NCBI RefSeq assembly: GCF_004962245.1
Contig: NZ_SUHQ01000002.1
Location: 273,469 to 337,468 of the forward strand
Length of the DNA stretch: 64,000 nucleotides
Reading direction: 5' to 3'
DNA from: Mesorhizobium sp.
GTDB taxonomy: Bacteria; Pseudomonadota; Alphaproteobacteria; Rhizobiales; Rhizobiaceae
This document shows, in pieces, positions 17,978-26,636 of this stretch. A program made the position numbers and the translations under genes. The stretch's first letter is position 1; every line of letters begins with the position of its first letter. Under the pieces are notes generated by a model. It worked only from the letters and a program-made list of their open reading frames with translations. It was not told the origin of the DNA and did no database searches.

Positions 17978-19507
17978 ATGGCAACCCCGTTCCTGGTGGC
18001 GCGCGATGTCGCAAAGGCCTTCGGCGGCACGCAGGCGCTGAAGGGCGTATCGCTCGACATTGCGCCAGGTGAAATCCATGGTCTTGTCGGCGCCAACGGC
18101 GCGGGCAAGTCGACCTTCATCCGTATCCTGGCCGGACTGAACCACCCCGATGCCGGTCGTCTCGAGCTCGACGGCCACAGCCAGGAGATTGGCACGCCGC
18201 AGCGGGCGACCGAACTCGGCATGAGCTTCATTCATCAGGAGCTTGCGTTTGTGCCGGGCATGACCGTGCTGCAGAACATCATGTTGGGCGTCCCGAAGAA
18301 GACCCGCTTCGGGCTGACCGATTGGCGTGCGATCGCGCGCGACGTTACACCGATCGCCAGGCGCGTCGGCATATCGGCCCCGCTCAACGCCGGCGTGAAG
18401 GGCCTTTCGACGGCCGAGATATGGCTGATCAACATTTGCCGCGCCCTGGTGCGCAAGGCGCGGCTGATTGTCATGGATGAGCCGACGGCATCGCTTGCCG
18501 CCAGCGAAGCGGAACGGCTGTTTGCGATCGTGCGCGATCTTTCCGCATCAGGGGTGGCGGTGCTCTACATCTCGCACCGGCTGGACGAGATCCTGAGCCT
18601 GTGCACGCGCGTGTCGGTCTTTCGCGACGGCCGCTCCGTGGCCGAGCTTGCCGGAGACGCGCTCAACCGCCCCGCGCTGGTCGAGGCAATCGTCGGCGGC
18701 GCCATTCGGGATACTCAAAGGACAGGCGCGACACGGCAGCGCGGCGATGTCGTGATGGAAGCCAAAACCCTGGCGCGGGCGCCGAACGTCCGCGGCGTCA
18801 GCCTTCAGCTCCACGCCGGCGAAGTCTTGGGCATCGGCGGCCTTGTCGGCGCCGGACGAACCGAACTCGCCCGGCTGCTCTTCGGGGCGGATCGGCCGGA
18901 CAGCGGCGAGATGACGCTGATGGGCCGGCCCTATGCGCCCGCCTCCCCCGCGGCGGCTGTCCGGGCCGGGCTTGGGCTGGTCCCGGAGGAGCGCCGGGCG
19001 GAAGCGCTTTTTCTCTCCAAGAGCATCGCCTTCAATCTAGGCATCGCCAATCTCGACAAGATTGCTTTTGGCCGATACCTGCCGCTGATGAACCGCAGCG
19101 CCCGCACGTCGATGGCCGGCGAGACGATCCGCTCCCTGTCGATAAAGGCGCGAAGTGCAAGCACGCCCGTTGGCCGTCTCAGCGGCGGCAATCAGCAGAA
19201 GGTTGCGATCGGCCGGTGGCTCCAGCGCACACCGAAGGTGCTGATCCTCGACGAGCCGACGCGCGGCGTCGATATCGGAGCGCGCGCCGAGATCCACCGG
19301 CTGATCCGCCAGCAAGCCGAATCCGGAATGGCGGTTCTGGTGATTTCGTCGGAGCCGGACGAGCTGCCTGACCTGTGCGACCGCGTTCTGGTGATGGCGG
19401 AAGGCCGCATTGTTCGCGAGCTGACCGGTCAGGCGGTGTCGCGAAAGGCGATCGTCGAAGCAAGTTATGTCGAACCGGAAGCCTTGATGGAGGATCATCC
19501 CGCATGA
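17978..19507 (+). CDS. sugar ABC transporter ATP-binding protein (duplicated ABC domains, CUT2)
   Basis: Walker A GANGAGKST. Second-half signature LSGGNQQKV and Walker B VLILDEPTRGVD. Start at ATG 17978 (MATPFLVARDV). Confidence 0.9.
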   Translation: MATPFLVARDVAKAFGGTQALKGVSLDIAPGEIHGLVGANGAGKSTFIRILAGLNHPDAGRLELDGHSQEIGTPQRATELGMSFIHQELAFVPGMTVLQNIMLGVPKKTRFGLTDWRAIARDVTPIARRVGISAPLNAGVKGLSTAEIWLINICRALVRKARLIVMDEPTASLAASEAERLFAIVRDLSASGVAVLYISHRLDEILSLCTRVSVFRDGRSVAELAGDALNRPALVEAIVGGAIRDTQRTGATRQRGDVVMEAKTLARAPNVRGVSLQLHAGEVLGIGGLVGAGRTELARLLFGADRPDSGEMTLMGRPYAPASPAAAVRAGLGLVPEERRAEALFLSKSIAFNLGIANLDKIAFGRYLPLMNRSARTSMAGETIRSLSIKARSASTPVGRLSGGNQQKVAIGRWLQRTPKVLILDEPTRGVDIGARAEIHRLIRQQAESGMAVLVISSEPDELPDLCDRVLVMAEGRIVRELTGQAVSRKAIVEASYVEPEALMEDHPA

Positions 19508-20499
19508 GCGATGTTGCGATAAGCGCCCGGCGTCTGTCGCCCGGAGCCAAGGCGGCGCTCGGTATCTTTGCCCGCTATGGCACGATCATCGGACTGCTGG
19601 CGATGGTCGTCACATTTTCGATTCTGTCGCCTGCAGCCTTTCCGACCTTGGGTAATTTCACCAATGTGCTGAACCAGGCTTCGCTGGCCATGATCATTGC
19701 CGGCGGGCTGACACTTGCCGTGGTCGTTGGCGAACTCGATCTGTCCATAGGCTTCGCCGCCAGCCTGCACGGCATTCTGATCACCGGCCTTGTGGTCCAC
19801 GACAAGCTGCCAATCCCGCTTGCGGTGGTCATCGTCATCGCATTGGGCGCGGTGATCGGCCTCGTCAACGGTTTCATCGTCACCAAGGTCAAGGTCAATT
19901 CCGTTATCGCGACGCTGGGCGTCGGAACGATCCTTACGGGCCTGGCCTTCGCCTATTCCGCCGGCGTCCCCATCGTGGCGGGCGTGCCGGAGGCATTTCT
20001 CCAGCTTTCCCTTGGACGCTGGCTGTTCGGCATCCCCAACAACATCATCGCCATGATTGTCGTGCTCGGCGGACTTTGGCTCCTGGTCGAGCGAACGCCG
20101 CTCGGCCAAGAGATTCAGGCCGTGGGCGGCAATGCCGTGGCCGCCCGCCTTGCCGGGGTGAATGTCGACCGTATAAAAATCCTCGGCTTCGTCATTTCGG
20201 GAATGTGCGCCGCGCTCACCGGGATACTGCTTGCCTCGCGGCTCGGCAGCGGCACGGCAAGTGCCGCCGACTCCTACCTGCTCACCGCATTCGCGGCGGT
20301 CTTCCTTGGCTCGGCAACGCTGCGTGACGGCGAATTCCATGTGCTCGGCACGCTGGTCGGCGCCCTCATCATCGCCTTCGGTTTCAATGGCCTCAACATT
20401 TTCGGCGCCCCGACCTTCTCGCAATATGTGCTGCAGGGCGCCATCCTGATCATTGCGGTGGGCATGGCGAGCCTGGGCCGCTCGCTGGCGGAACGCTGA
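19504..20499 (+). CDS. ABC transporter permease (ribose-type)
   Basis: ATG 19504 overlaps the upstream TGA (ATGA coupling). About 331 aa, multi-pass hydrophobic. Confidence 0.88.
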   Translation: MSDVAISARRLSPGAKAALGIFARYGTIIGLLAMVVTFSILSPAAFPTLGNFTNVLNQASLAMIIAGGLTLAVVVGELDLSIGFAASLHGILITGLVVHDKLPIPLAVVIVIALGAVIGLVNGFIVTKVKVNSVIATLGVGTILTGLAFAYSAGVPIVAGVPEAFLQLSLGRWLFGIPNNIIAMIVVLGGLWLLVERTPLGQEIQAVGGNAVAARLAGVNVDRIKILGFVISGMCAALTGILLASRLGSGTASAADSYLLTAFAAVFLGSATLRDGEFHVLGTLVGALIIAFGFNGLNIFGAPTFSQYVLQGAILIIAVGMASLGRSLAER

Positions 20500-20510
20500 A
20501 GGAGGAAGCG

Positions 20511-21347
20511 ATGACAAGCGAAGACACGCATTGGGAGGTTTACGTCATCGAATTCGCCCGCTCGAAGCAGCAGCCCTGGGTGGATCTCGTCGCCGGCATG
20601 TATGACGACGGCAAGGTCGATTTGCCCTTTTCCTTCGTGCTGCTGAAGCGTGGCGACCGCAACGTGCTGGTCGACACCGGATTCATCCAGGAATCGAACA
20701 CGGCCTTCTCGCTGAAATTTGACATTCCCAACTGGATCTCGCCGGTTCGCATGCTGGCCGAGCTTGGCATTGGACCTGACGCGATCACGGACATTTTTGT
20801 GACCCATGCGCATTTCGATCACATGGGATCGATCGCCGAATTTCCGAACGCAAATCTCCACATCCAGAAGAGCGAGTTGCTCTCCTGGTATGAAGCGATC
20901 GCGTTGCCGCCGCGCTTCGGTTATCTCACCGCCATCATCGATCCGGATACGCTGCGCGCCGCCCTCGATGCATCGATCGAACACCGTGTCTCGCTGGTCG
21001 ATGGCGACAAGGACGATGTGCTGCCGGGCATCCATGTGCGGCTGGGAAGCGGCCACACCATCGGACAGCAGTTCGTCATCGTCCAGTCCGCGCGGGGCAG
21101 GCTGGTGATCTCCGGCGACTGTGTCTATTCGAAGCGCCAGATCACCGGGCATAGACACGACGGTGTCTACGCGCCGCTGAACAATGCCGTCGGCAGCGTT
21201 TGGGAGCAGCTGAAGACCATCGACCGCATCAACACCGAGATCGGCGGCGATCTCGGGCAACTGATCGTCCTGCACGACATAGAGCGATGGAAGGGTCAGC
21301 CGATCGTTGCGGAACTCGAAGGATTTCGCATCGTCAGGGCCGGATAG
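20511..21347 (+). CDS. metallo-beta-lactamase-fold hydrolase, N-acyl-homoserine-lactonase-like
   Basis: 278 aa. HxHxDH motif VTHAHFDHMG, then GSGHTIG, ISGDCVY, VLHD. Lies 12 bp after the permease stop, so it is the last gene of the CUT2 operon. Confidence 0.8.
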   Translation: MTSEDTHWEVYVIEFARSKQQPWVDLVAGMYDDGKVDLPFSFVLLKRGDRNVLVDTGFIQESNTAFSLKFDIPNWISPVRMLAELGIGPDAITDIFVTHAHFDHMGSIAEFPNANLHIQKSELLSWYEAIALPPRFGYLTAIIDPDTLRAALDASIEHRVSLVDGDKDDVLPGIHVRLGSGHTIGQQFVIVQSARGRLVISGDCVYSKRQITGHRHDGVYAPLNNAVGSVWEQLKTIDRINTEIGGDLGQLIVLHDIERWKGQPIVAELEGFRIVRAG

Positions 21348-21369
21348 GTAATCCGACGGCGGCGTGCCT

Positions 21370-22014
21370 TCAGAAGCGATACCGGATTCCAAGAACGTTC
21401 GCGTTGGAACCCTCTTTCATATCTCCAAATGTGCCGTCGGCGCCGGATCTATGGTGGAGTTGGTAGACAAGCTCGACATTGGGGGCTTGCCTGACTCTGA
21501 ACGAAAGCTCCGCACCAATGAAACCGAGGAATGATGCATCGCCGTCGTAACGGATTTCGCGATTGCGCTCGATCTCGGTAGGGCCTGTAACGGCACTAAA
21601 TCCAGCCGTCAGTGCGGGCGCAATCGCCAGATCACCGATGACAAGACCCTGATGCCGAAGCCGCATGCCGGCCCAAAGTTCTCCGGACGTGTCGTCCTCC
21701 TCGCCAAACCTTATGGCGGCCCCGGTCACGCCACCGAGGACGAAACCGGCGCCAACATCGGCGAAGTCGCGGCCGTATGCGGCTCCGATCATGTAGCTGT
21801 CCGTATAGTCGGTCCCGAAGACGTTGATCGTGTCTCCGAAGGACCCAGTCGCGAAGACGCCGCTAAAAACATAGATATCGTTCTTCGTCGGTTGACCGGC
21901 AGCGAAAGGATCTTCGGTCGCGAAGTAGATGAAGGGGGAACTGTTATCGGCGAGGCCGGGAGTGATTGAAGCGATCAGCATCGTTGCAGCCAAAGCTGCC
22001 TGCACTCCGCGCAT
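21370..22014 (-). CDS. outer-membrane beta-barrel protein, possibly lipid A deacylase (PagL)/acyloxyacyl hydrolase-like
   Basis: Signal peptide MRGVQAALAATMLIASITPGLA. Alternating beta-strand pattern. C-terminal ...HHRSGADG...SNANVLGIRYRF ends in an aromatic residue. The PagL assignment rests only on a His/Ser tail pattern recalled from memory. Confidence 0.6.
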   Translation of the reverse strand: MRGVQAALAATMLIASITPGLADNSSPFIYFATEDPFAAGQPTKNDIYVFSGVFATGSFGDTINVFGTDYTDSYMIGAAYGRDFADVGAGFVLGGVTGAAIRFGEEDDTSGELWAGMRLRHQGLVIGDLAIAPALTAGFSAVTGPTEIERNREIRYDGDASFLGFIGAELSFRVRQAPNVELVYQLHHRSGADGTFGDMKEGSNANVLGIRYRF

Positions 22015-22273
22015 GAATGAGCTCCGAATCAGTCCGCCCGTCGATCATCGATTGCTCCAGTATTTCGGCGAAATAAACAAGGCCCCGAATCCTGCGGGAT
22101 CATGATCAACCGAAAATGCTGTGCAAGATAGCGTTCAGCCCGCTCGGTGTGGAAAGAGGAAGTTCAAGCAGCGACGCTGAGCGACTGCTGTTTCGACCGT
22201 CGCAAGGGCCAGATTGCCGTGCCATTGGCCCTGAATTATGTTGACTTTCCATTGGTCAAGATAAGTGTAGGCG

Positions 22274-23053
22274 ATGGCGTTGGATTGCGCTGACTTCTAC
22301 GACGCAGAGTTACGGCGGCACAATGATCACTTTCGTGCTGCCATCAATGCTGGAATACGGGACCGCGTGCTCGATATCGGCTGTGGTGCAGGGCAAACCA
22401 CTCGTGAAGCTGCCCGCGTCGCGGTGGAAGGAAGCGTGGTCGGCGTCGATGTGTCAGCAGAGATGCTCGAGATTGCTCGCCGGCGTAGCGCAGAGGAGGG
22501 ATTGCGGAACGTCGAGTTTGAGCAGGGTGACGCCCAGGTCCAGCCGTTTCCGGCTGCCCATTTCGACCTGTGTATCAGTCGATTTGGGGTGATGTTCTTT
22601 GCCGATCCGGCCGCTGCCTTCGCCAACATTGGCCGGGCGATGCGGCCTGGGGCTCGTCTCGTGTTGATGGTGTGGCAGAGCCAGGAGCGCAACGAATGGG
22701 CCACCGCTATTCCGCGGGCGCTAGCTCCGGAAACCGTCGCGTCAGCGCGCGGCGCCGCCGCGTTCTCACTCAGCGATCCTGCGGTCGCTACGGGCATACT
22801 GACCAAGGCTGGCTTTGCTTCAGTCGGCTTTGCCGAGGTGCATGAACCGGTCTTCTATGGTTCAGACGTCGATGCGGCGTATGACGCTGTGATTGGCCTT
22901 GGATTTGCGAAGGAAGCACTTGCCGGCGTCGATGCGGCAGCTGCTCATGGAGCGCTGCAGCGGTTGCGCGCTTTGCTGGACGCACACTCGGCTGCGGACG
23001 GCGTGTTTTTGGACTCGCGCGCGTGGATCATCTCCGCTCATCGGGCGAACTGA
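22274..23053 (+). CDS. class I SAM-dependent methyltransferase
   Basis: 259 aa. SAM motif I VLDIGCGAGQTT, motif post-I VVGVDVS, Methyltransf_11-like ISRFGVMFF. Confidence 0.85.
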   Translation: MALDCADFYDAELRRHNDHFRAAINAGIRDRVLDIGCGAGQTTREAARVAVEGSVVGVDVSAEMLEIARRRSAEEGLRNVEFEQGDAQVQPFPAAHFDLCISRFGVMFFADPAAAFANIGRAMRPGARLVLMVWQSQERNEWATAIPRALAPETVASARGAAAFSLSDPAVATGILTKAGFASVGFAEVHEPVFYGSDVDAAYDAVIGLGFAKEALAGVDAAAAHGALQRLRALLDAHSAADGVFLDSRAWIISAHRAN

Positions 23054-23221
23054 TAGTCATAGGCGGTCTGTGGCACTAACGGACGCTCTTCGCCATGCGG
23101 GTGAAGGTCAAGAACGGGGTCGGCAGCGGGTATTCCGTTTCGGTACCAAGCGTCAGGTCTTGACCACTAGCTGAAAAAGCCCGCATCGTCCTCCGCGAGG
23201 CAGCGCTCGGCCCGCTCGGGG

Positions 23222-23377
23222 ATGATGTCCACGCCCATCGAGAGTGCGAGCGAGCATGTCGAGTGGGAGGAATTCGCCCGCTACCGCCTGTCCCAGGGCG
23301 GCGACCTCAGGAAGTACTATCCGCTGACGAAGGAGGTGGAGGAAGAATACCAGGCCTGGCGCAAGCAACAGGCCTAG
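23222..23377 (+). CDS. possible 51-aa ORF or C-terminal gene remnant
   Basis: Below the track length cutoff. MMSTPIESASEHVEWEEFARYRLSQGGDLRKYYPLTKEVEEEYQAWRKQQA. 45 of 51 third positions are G/C by hand count. No convincing RBS. Confidence 0.3.
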   Translation: MMSTPIESASEHVEWEEFARYRLSQGGDLRKYYPLTKEVEEEYQAWRKQQA

Positions 23378-23398
23378 CAATTTCTCTCGGCCAGCCGA

Positions 23399-24796
23399 TC
23401 AGCCCCAGTTCTGCTGATGTGCGGCATGGCTGCGCAGATAGGCGCCGGGCCCGAAGTGCGTATCGTAGAACCCGGTGTCCAACTGATGCGCCTGCAGATA
23501 CATCAGGCTGAAGATCGCGGGCACGGTCGCCGGGAAACGCCCGAACGTGTCGAATATGTACTGCGCCATTGTCGTGACACAATCCACGAATTCTTCACCG
23601 ATCGGGGCAGCGCTGGACCGGATGGTTTCGGTCTTCTTGTACGGCCCGCCGGTGCCCGCGTTGAACGGGCCGCCCGGTCCGAATTTTCGGGCTACGACGC
23701 TCTCCACGGCGGCGCGCATGGTTTTGAAATGCGGCGGGCAATGCCCCTCGAATATACCCTCGAGTCCGGTCACATGCGGCAGCGGGCGACCTTGCAGCAT
23801 GTCGAAGCGGAACCCCAGTCCGGGCACCTCTGGATCGTCGCTCGCACCCAGCACGCTGAACGGGTTGATCCCGTCGTACATCCACCCGCCAAGACCGAGA
23901 GCCTGCAGCATCAGCGCGCCGGCATAGCAGGCCGTCGACGTCTCGACTGTCACCTCGGTCAGGCCAAGCTGCTCGACATAGCTCAGCGGAAACGGGTTTT
24001 CGGTATCCACCAGCGCCTTGAACCGGTCGATCCCCGGCACCGGACGACCGTTGACATCGTCATAGATGCAGGCGCCGTTTTGCACGAGATAGCACAGCAC
24101 GAGCAGCATGTGCTGGGCGAGGTCGGCCACCGGAATGATCAGCGTGCTGCCGGGCACGTTTGCGCACCATTCGTTGTGCATCTCCATATGCTGCGGCACG
24201 CGCGGGATGTTGAGGCGGCCATCGGCGAGCTTGACGATGCGCGAGCGGTGCGCATCGAGATAGGCGTTCATATCCGTCTCGCCGTCCGGCGCGGCGACGG
24301 CCCCCATGTCGCGGGTCGGGAGGAAGTAGACCCCGCTGTCATCGGTGAAGAAAATCTCCGAGGTGTGAAACCCGGCCGACGACGGGAAGCTCCGGCCGCC
24401 GGCTGCGCCCGCATAGTTCGGAATGTTCGGGCTGTAGAACCGGTTGTGCGGGATCAGGTTCGACCAACCGGTGTTGCCGGCGACGGTGGTGAGCAAGAGC
24501 ATCTGTTCCAGTTCGCCGAGCGGCGCCGGGGCCTGCTTCGATGTGTAGCTGAGCGGGCCGTCCGGGATCGAGGCGCCGCGGGCGAAGCGGCGCGAGCGGC
24601 GCCCGTGGATCGCCTCGATCAGCGGAAACTGCGCTGCCTCGACCATGCCCTGCGGCAAGTTCTGGATTCTGTCCAGCATGATATTTCCTTTCTGCGCGAG
24701 GCCGGCCGCGGTCGCGCGGCAGCCGAATGTGTTCAGGATGCTGCCCGCGCCGATCATCGACGCGCCGAGCACCTTTCTGCGTGTTGTCTCAAACAT
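23399..24796 (-). CDS. Tat-signal protein with SagB/nitroreductase-like fold, function unknown
   Basis: 465 aa. GGAG RBS before ATG 24796. Twin-arginine motif TRRKVLGASMIGAGS. Nitroreductase-type helix IEAIHGRRSRRFA. SagB-like GGRSFPSSAGFHTSEIFF...GVYFL. Later ACYAGALMLQALGLGGWMYDG. Confidence 0.6.
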   Translation of the reverse strand: MFETTRRKVLGASMIGAGSILNTFGCRATAAGLAQKGNIMLDRIQNLPQGMVEAAQFPLIEAIHGRRSRRFARGASIPDGPLSYTSKQAPAPLGELEQMLLLTTVAGNTGWSNLIPHNRFYSPNIPNYAGAAGGRSFPSSAGFHTSEIFFTDDSGVYFLPTRDMGAVAAPDGETDMNAYLDAHRSRIVKLADGRLNIPRVPQHMEMHNEWCANVPGSTLIIPVADLAQHMLLVLCYLVQNGACIYDDVNGRPVPGIDRFKALVDTENPFPLSYVEQLGLTEVTVETSTACYAGALMLQALGLGGWMYDGINPFSVLGASDDPEVPGLGFRFDMLQGRPLPHVTGLEGIFEGHCPPHFKTMRAAVESVVARKFGPGGPFNAGTGGPYKKTETIRSSAAPIGEEFVDCVTTMAQYIFDTFGRFPATVPAIFSLMYLQAHQLDTGFYDTHFGPGAYLRSHAAHQQNWG

Positions 24797-24925
24797 CGGT
24801 TCTCCGTTTCCGGCGAGCGCGGTGGTGGAGATCGGCGCTTGCCAGGTGAACCCATGCCATCTCGTATCGGAGCGGCGTTAGACGCAGACTCGACAGAAAC
24901 GGGTCATATGTGCCAGTAACCGCAT

Positions 24926-25957
24926 ATGCCGCTGTCCCATGATGCGCGAAAGCTGTCGGTAAGCCTCGTGGTCGTGCCCGAGGTTTCGGCGGCCGTGACC
25001 TACGGGCTGCACGAGGTCTTCACATGCGTCGGGACAGCATGGGAGACGCTGACGGGCGAACGGACCCAAAGCCGCCATATGATGCCGCGGATCGTCGGCA
25101 GCCGCGTCGGGCCGGTGCGCACCACCCTGGGTGCCACGATTTTTTCGGAGCACAGCTTCGGCGAGACCCTGCGCTCGGATGTCGTGATCATCGGCGACCT
25201 CAATCTGGAACCGGAACCCGATCTGAGTGGCAGATGGGATGAGGCCATACACTGGATGCTGGACCAGCACGCACGGGGCGCGATCATCTGCTCGGTCTGC
25301 ACCGGGTCGCTGATGTTGGCCGAAGCCGGGCTGCTCGAACACCGCGAAGCCACCTCGCACTGGAGCGCGACCCGGCATTTCCGGGAGTGCTATCCGGGCG
25401 TCCGGCTCCAGCCTCAACGTGTCATCGTGCCCTCTGGCGCCGGGCACGATGTGGTGACAAGCGGGGGCTCCGCGTCATGGACCGATTTGTCGCTTTATCT
25501 GATTGCCCGTTTCTGCGGCGATGCCGAGGCACGGCGGATCGCCAAGATCTTTCTGTTTGGCGACCGCAGCGAAGGCCAGCTTCCCTTTGCCGCGATGGTT
25601 CGCCCGAAGCAGCATGAGGACGCGTCGATCGCCGATTGCCAGGGCTGGATTTCGCAAAACTATGCCATCGCCAATCCGGTTGCGGAGATGACGAGGCGCT
25701 CTGGCCTTGCCGACCGCACCTTCAAAAGGCGATTCCAGTCGGCGACCGGGTACACCCCGATCGGCTACGTGCAAACGCTTCGCGTGGAGGAGGCCAAGCA
25801 GATGCTGGAAACCTCAAATCAGGCAATCGACGATATCGCGCAGGCTGTCGGCTACGATGATCCGAACTCCTTCCGTCGGCTGTTCAAGCGCACAGTCGGC
25901 GTGACGCCGCAAAGATACCGGCAACGCTTCAAGTCCGTCGGCATCGGAGCAGCCTGA
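24926..25957 (+). CDS. GlxA-family transcriptional regulator (DJ-1/PfpI domain plus AraC HTH)
   Basis: 343 aa. Nucleophile-elbow-like ICSVCTGSLMLAEAGLL. C-terminal AraC HTH DDIAQAVGYDDPNSFRRLFKRTVGVTPQRYR. Divergent from 23399..24796. Confidence 0.88.
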   Translation: MPLSHDARKLSVSLVVVPEVSAAVTYGLHEVFTCVGTAWETLTGERTQSRHMMPRIVGSRVGPVRTTLGATIFSEHSFGETLRSDVVIIGDLNLEPEPDLSGRWDEAIHWMLDQHARGAIICSVCTGSLMLAEAGLLEHREATSHWSATRHFRECYPGVRLQPQRVIVPSGAGHDVVTSGGSASWTDLSLYLIARFCGDAEARRIAKIFLFGDRSEGQLPFAAMVRPKQHEDASIADCQGWISQNYAIANPVAEMTRRSGLADRTFKRRFQSATGYTPIGYVQTLRVEEAKQMLETSNQAIDDIAQAVGYDDPNSFRRLFKRTVGVTPQRYRQRFKSVGIGAA

Positions 25958-26107
25958 ACCGCACGCGAGACGACATGCCGACGCTCGTCTCCGGTCTCAG
26001 TCACCGATGCGCTCAGCGGCACGACATCGTGAAGTTGTGCAGGTTGACTCGGTTGTCTGCTTGCCTAACTAGGGTTCTCGGGGCCAGCGCAAATCACAAC
26101 AGCCGGT

Positions 26108-26614
26108 ATGATGTTTTCCAGCATGCGAAAGCTTGTCCTTCTTGTCCTCTTGGCCGGCAGTTCGATCCTGTCCTCCTCCTGCGTCGCCCCTGACGACACG
26201 TCGGACATCTCGAAGGAAGACGCAACAACGGCGGCAGCCCGCAAGGAGATGGTCGGTCTCAGCGAGGCCGACGTTCGAATGTGCGCCGGCTTTCCGACAG
26301 CCACCGCTGATGCGGGCGGATCAGCCCAGATCTGGACCTATCAGCGGACCGTTCAACGCGGCAATCTCAACGTCGTGATTCCAACCCTGGCCGTGGGTGC
26401 GATCCCGACGGTTGGAGGATCCCTCAATGTCAATCCTGGCGGCTATTGCAACACGCAAATTCGCATGGTCGATGGCCGTGTTGCCGAGGTCGCCTATGCG
26501 GGCGACAACAATCTGCCTAACCACCGCGATGCGCTCTGTGTCAGCACGGTAGACGCCTGCGTGGCATATGCCCGCCAGCGTCACCCAGCCAGGACGGGGG
26601 CCAGTTCCAGGTAA
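26108..26614 (+). CDS. putative lipoprotein
   Basis: Signal peptide plus lipobox-like LLAGSSILSSSC; alternative start ATG 26123. Four further Cys. I recognised no family. Confidence 0.6.
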   Translation: MMFSSMRKLVLLVLLAGSSILSSSCVAPDDTSDISKEDATTAAARKEMVGLSEADVRMCAGFPTATADAGGSAQIWTYQRTVQRGNLNVVIPTLAVGAIPTVGGSLNVNPGGYCNTQIRMVDGRVAEVAYAGDNNLPNHRDALCVSTVDACVAYARQRHPARTGASSR

Positions 26615-26636
26615 TCGGGCTGGCTGAAGAGCGCGT

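Noticed and set aside
25958-26010. Terminator after the GlxA regulator gene (GAGACGA...TCGTCTC hairpin)
   Set aside because: It has only a 7-bp stem, an 11-nt loop and no T-run, which is too weak to call.
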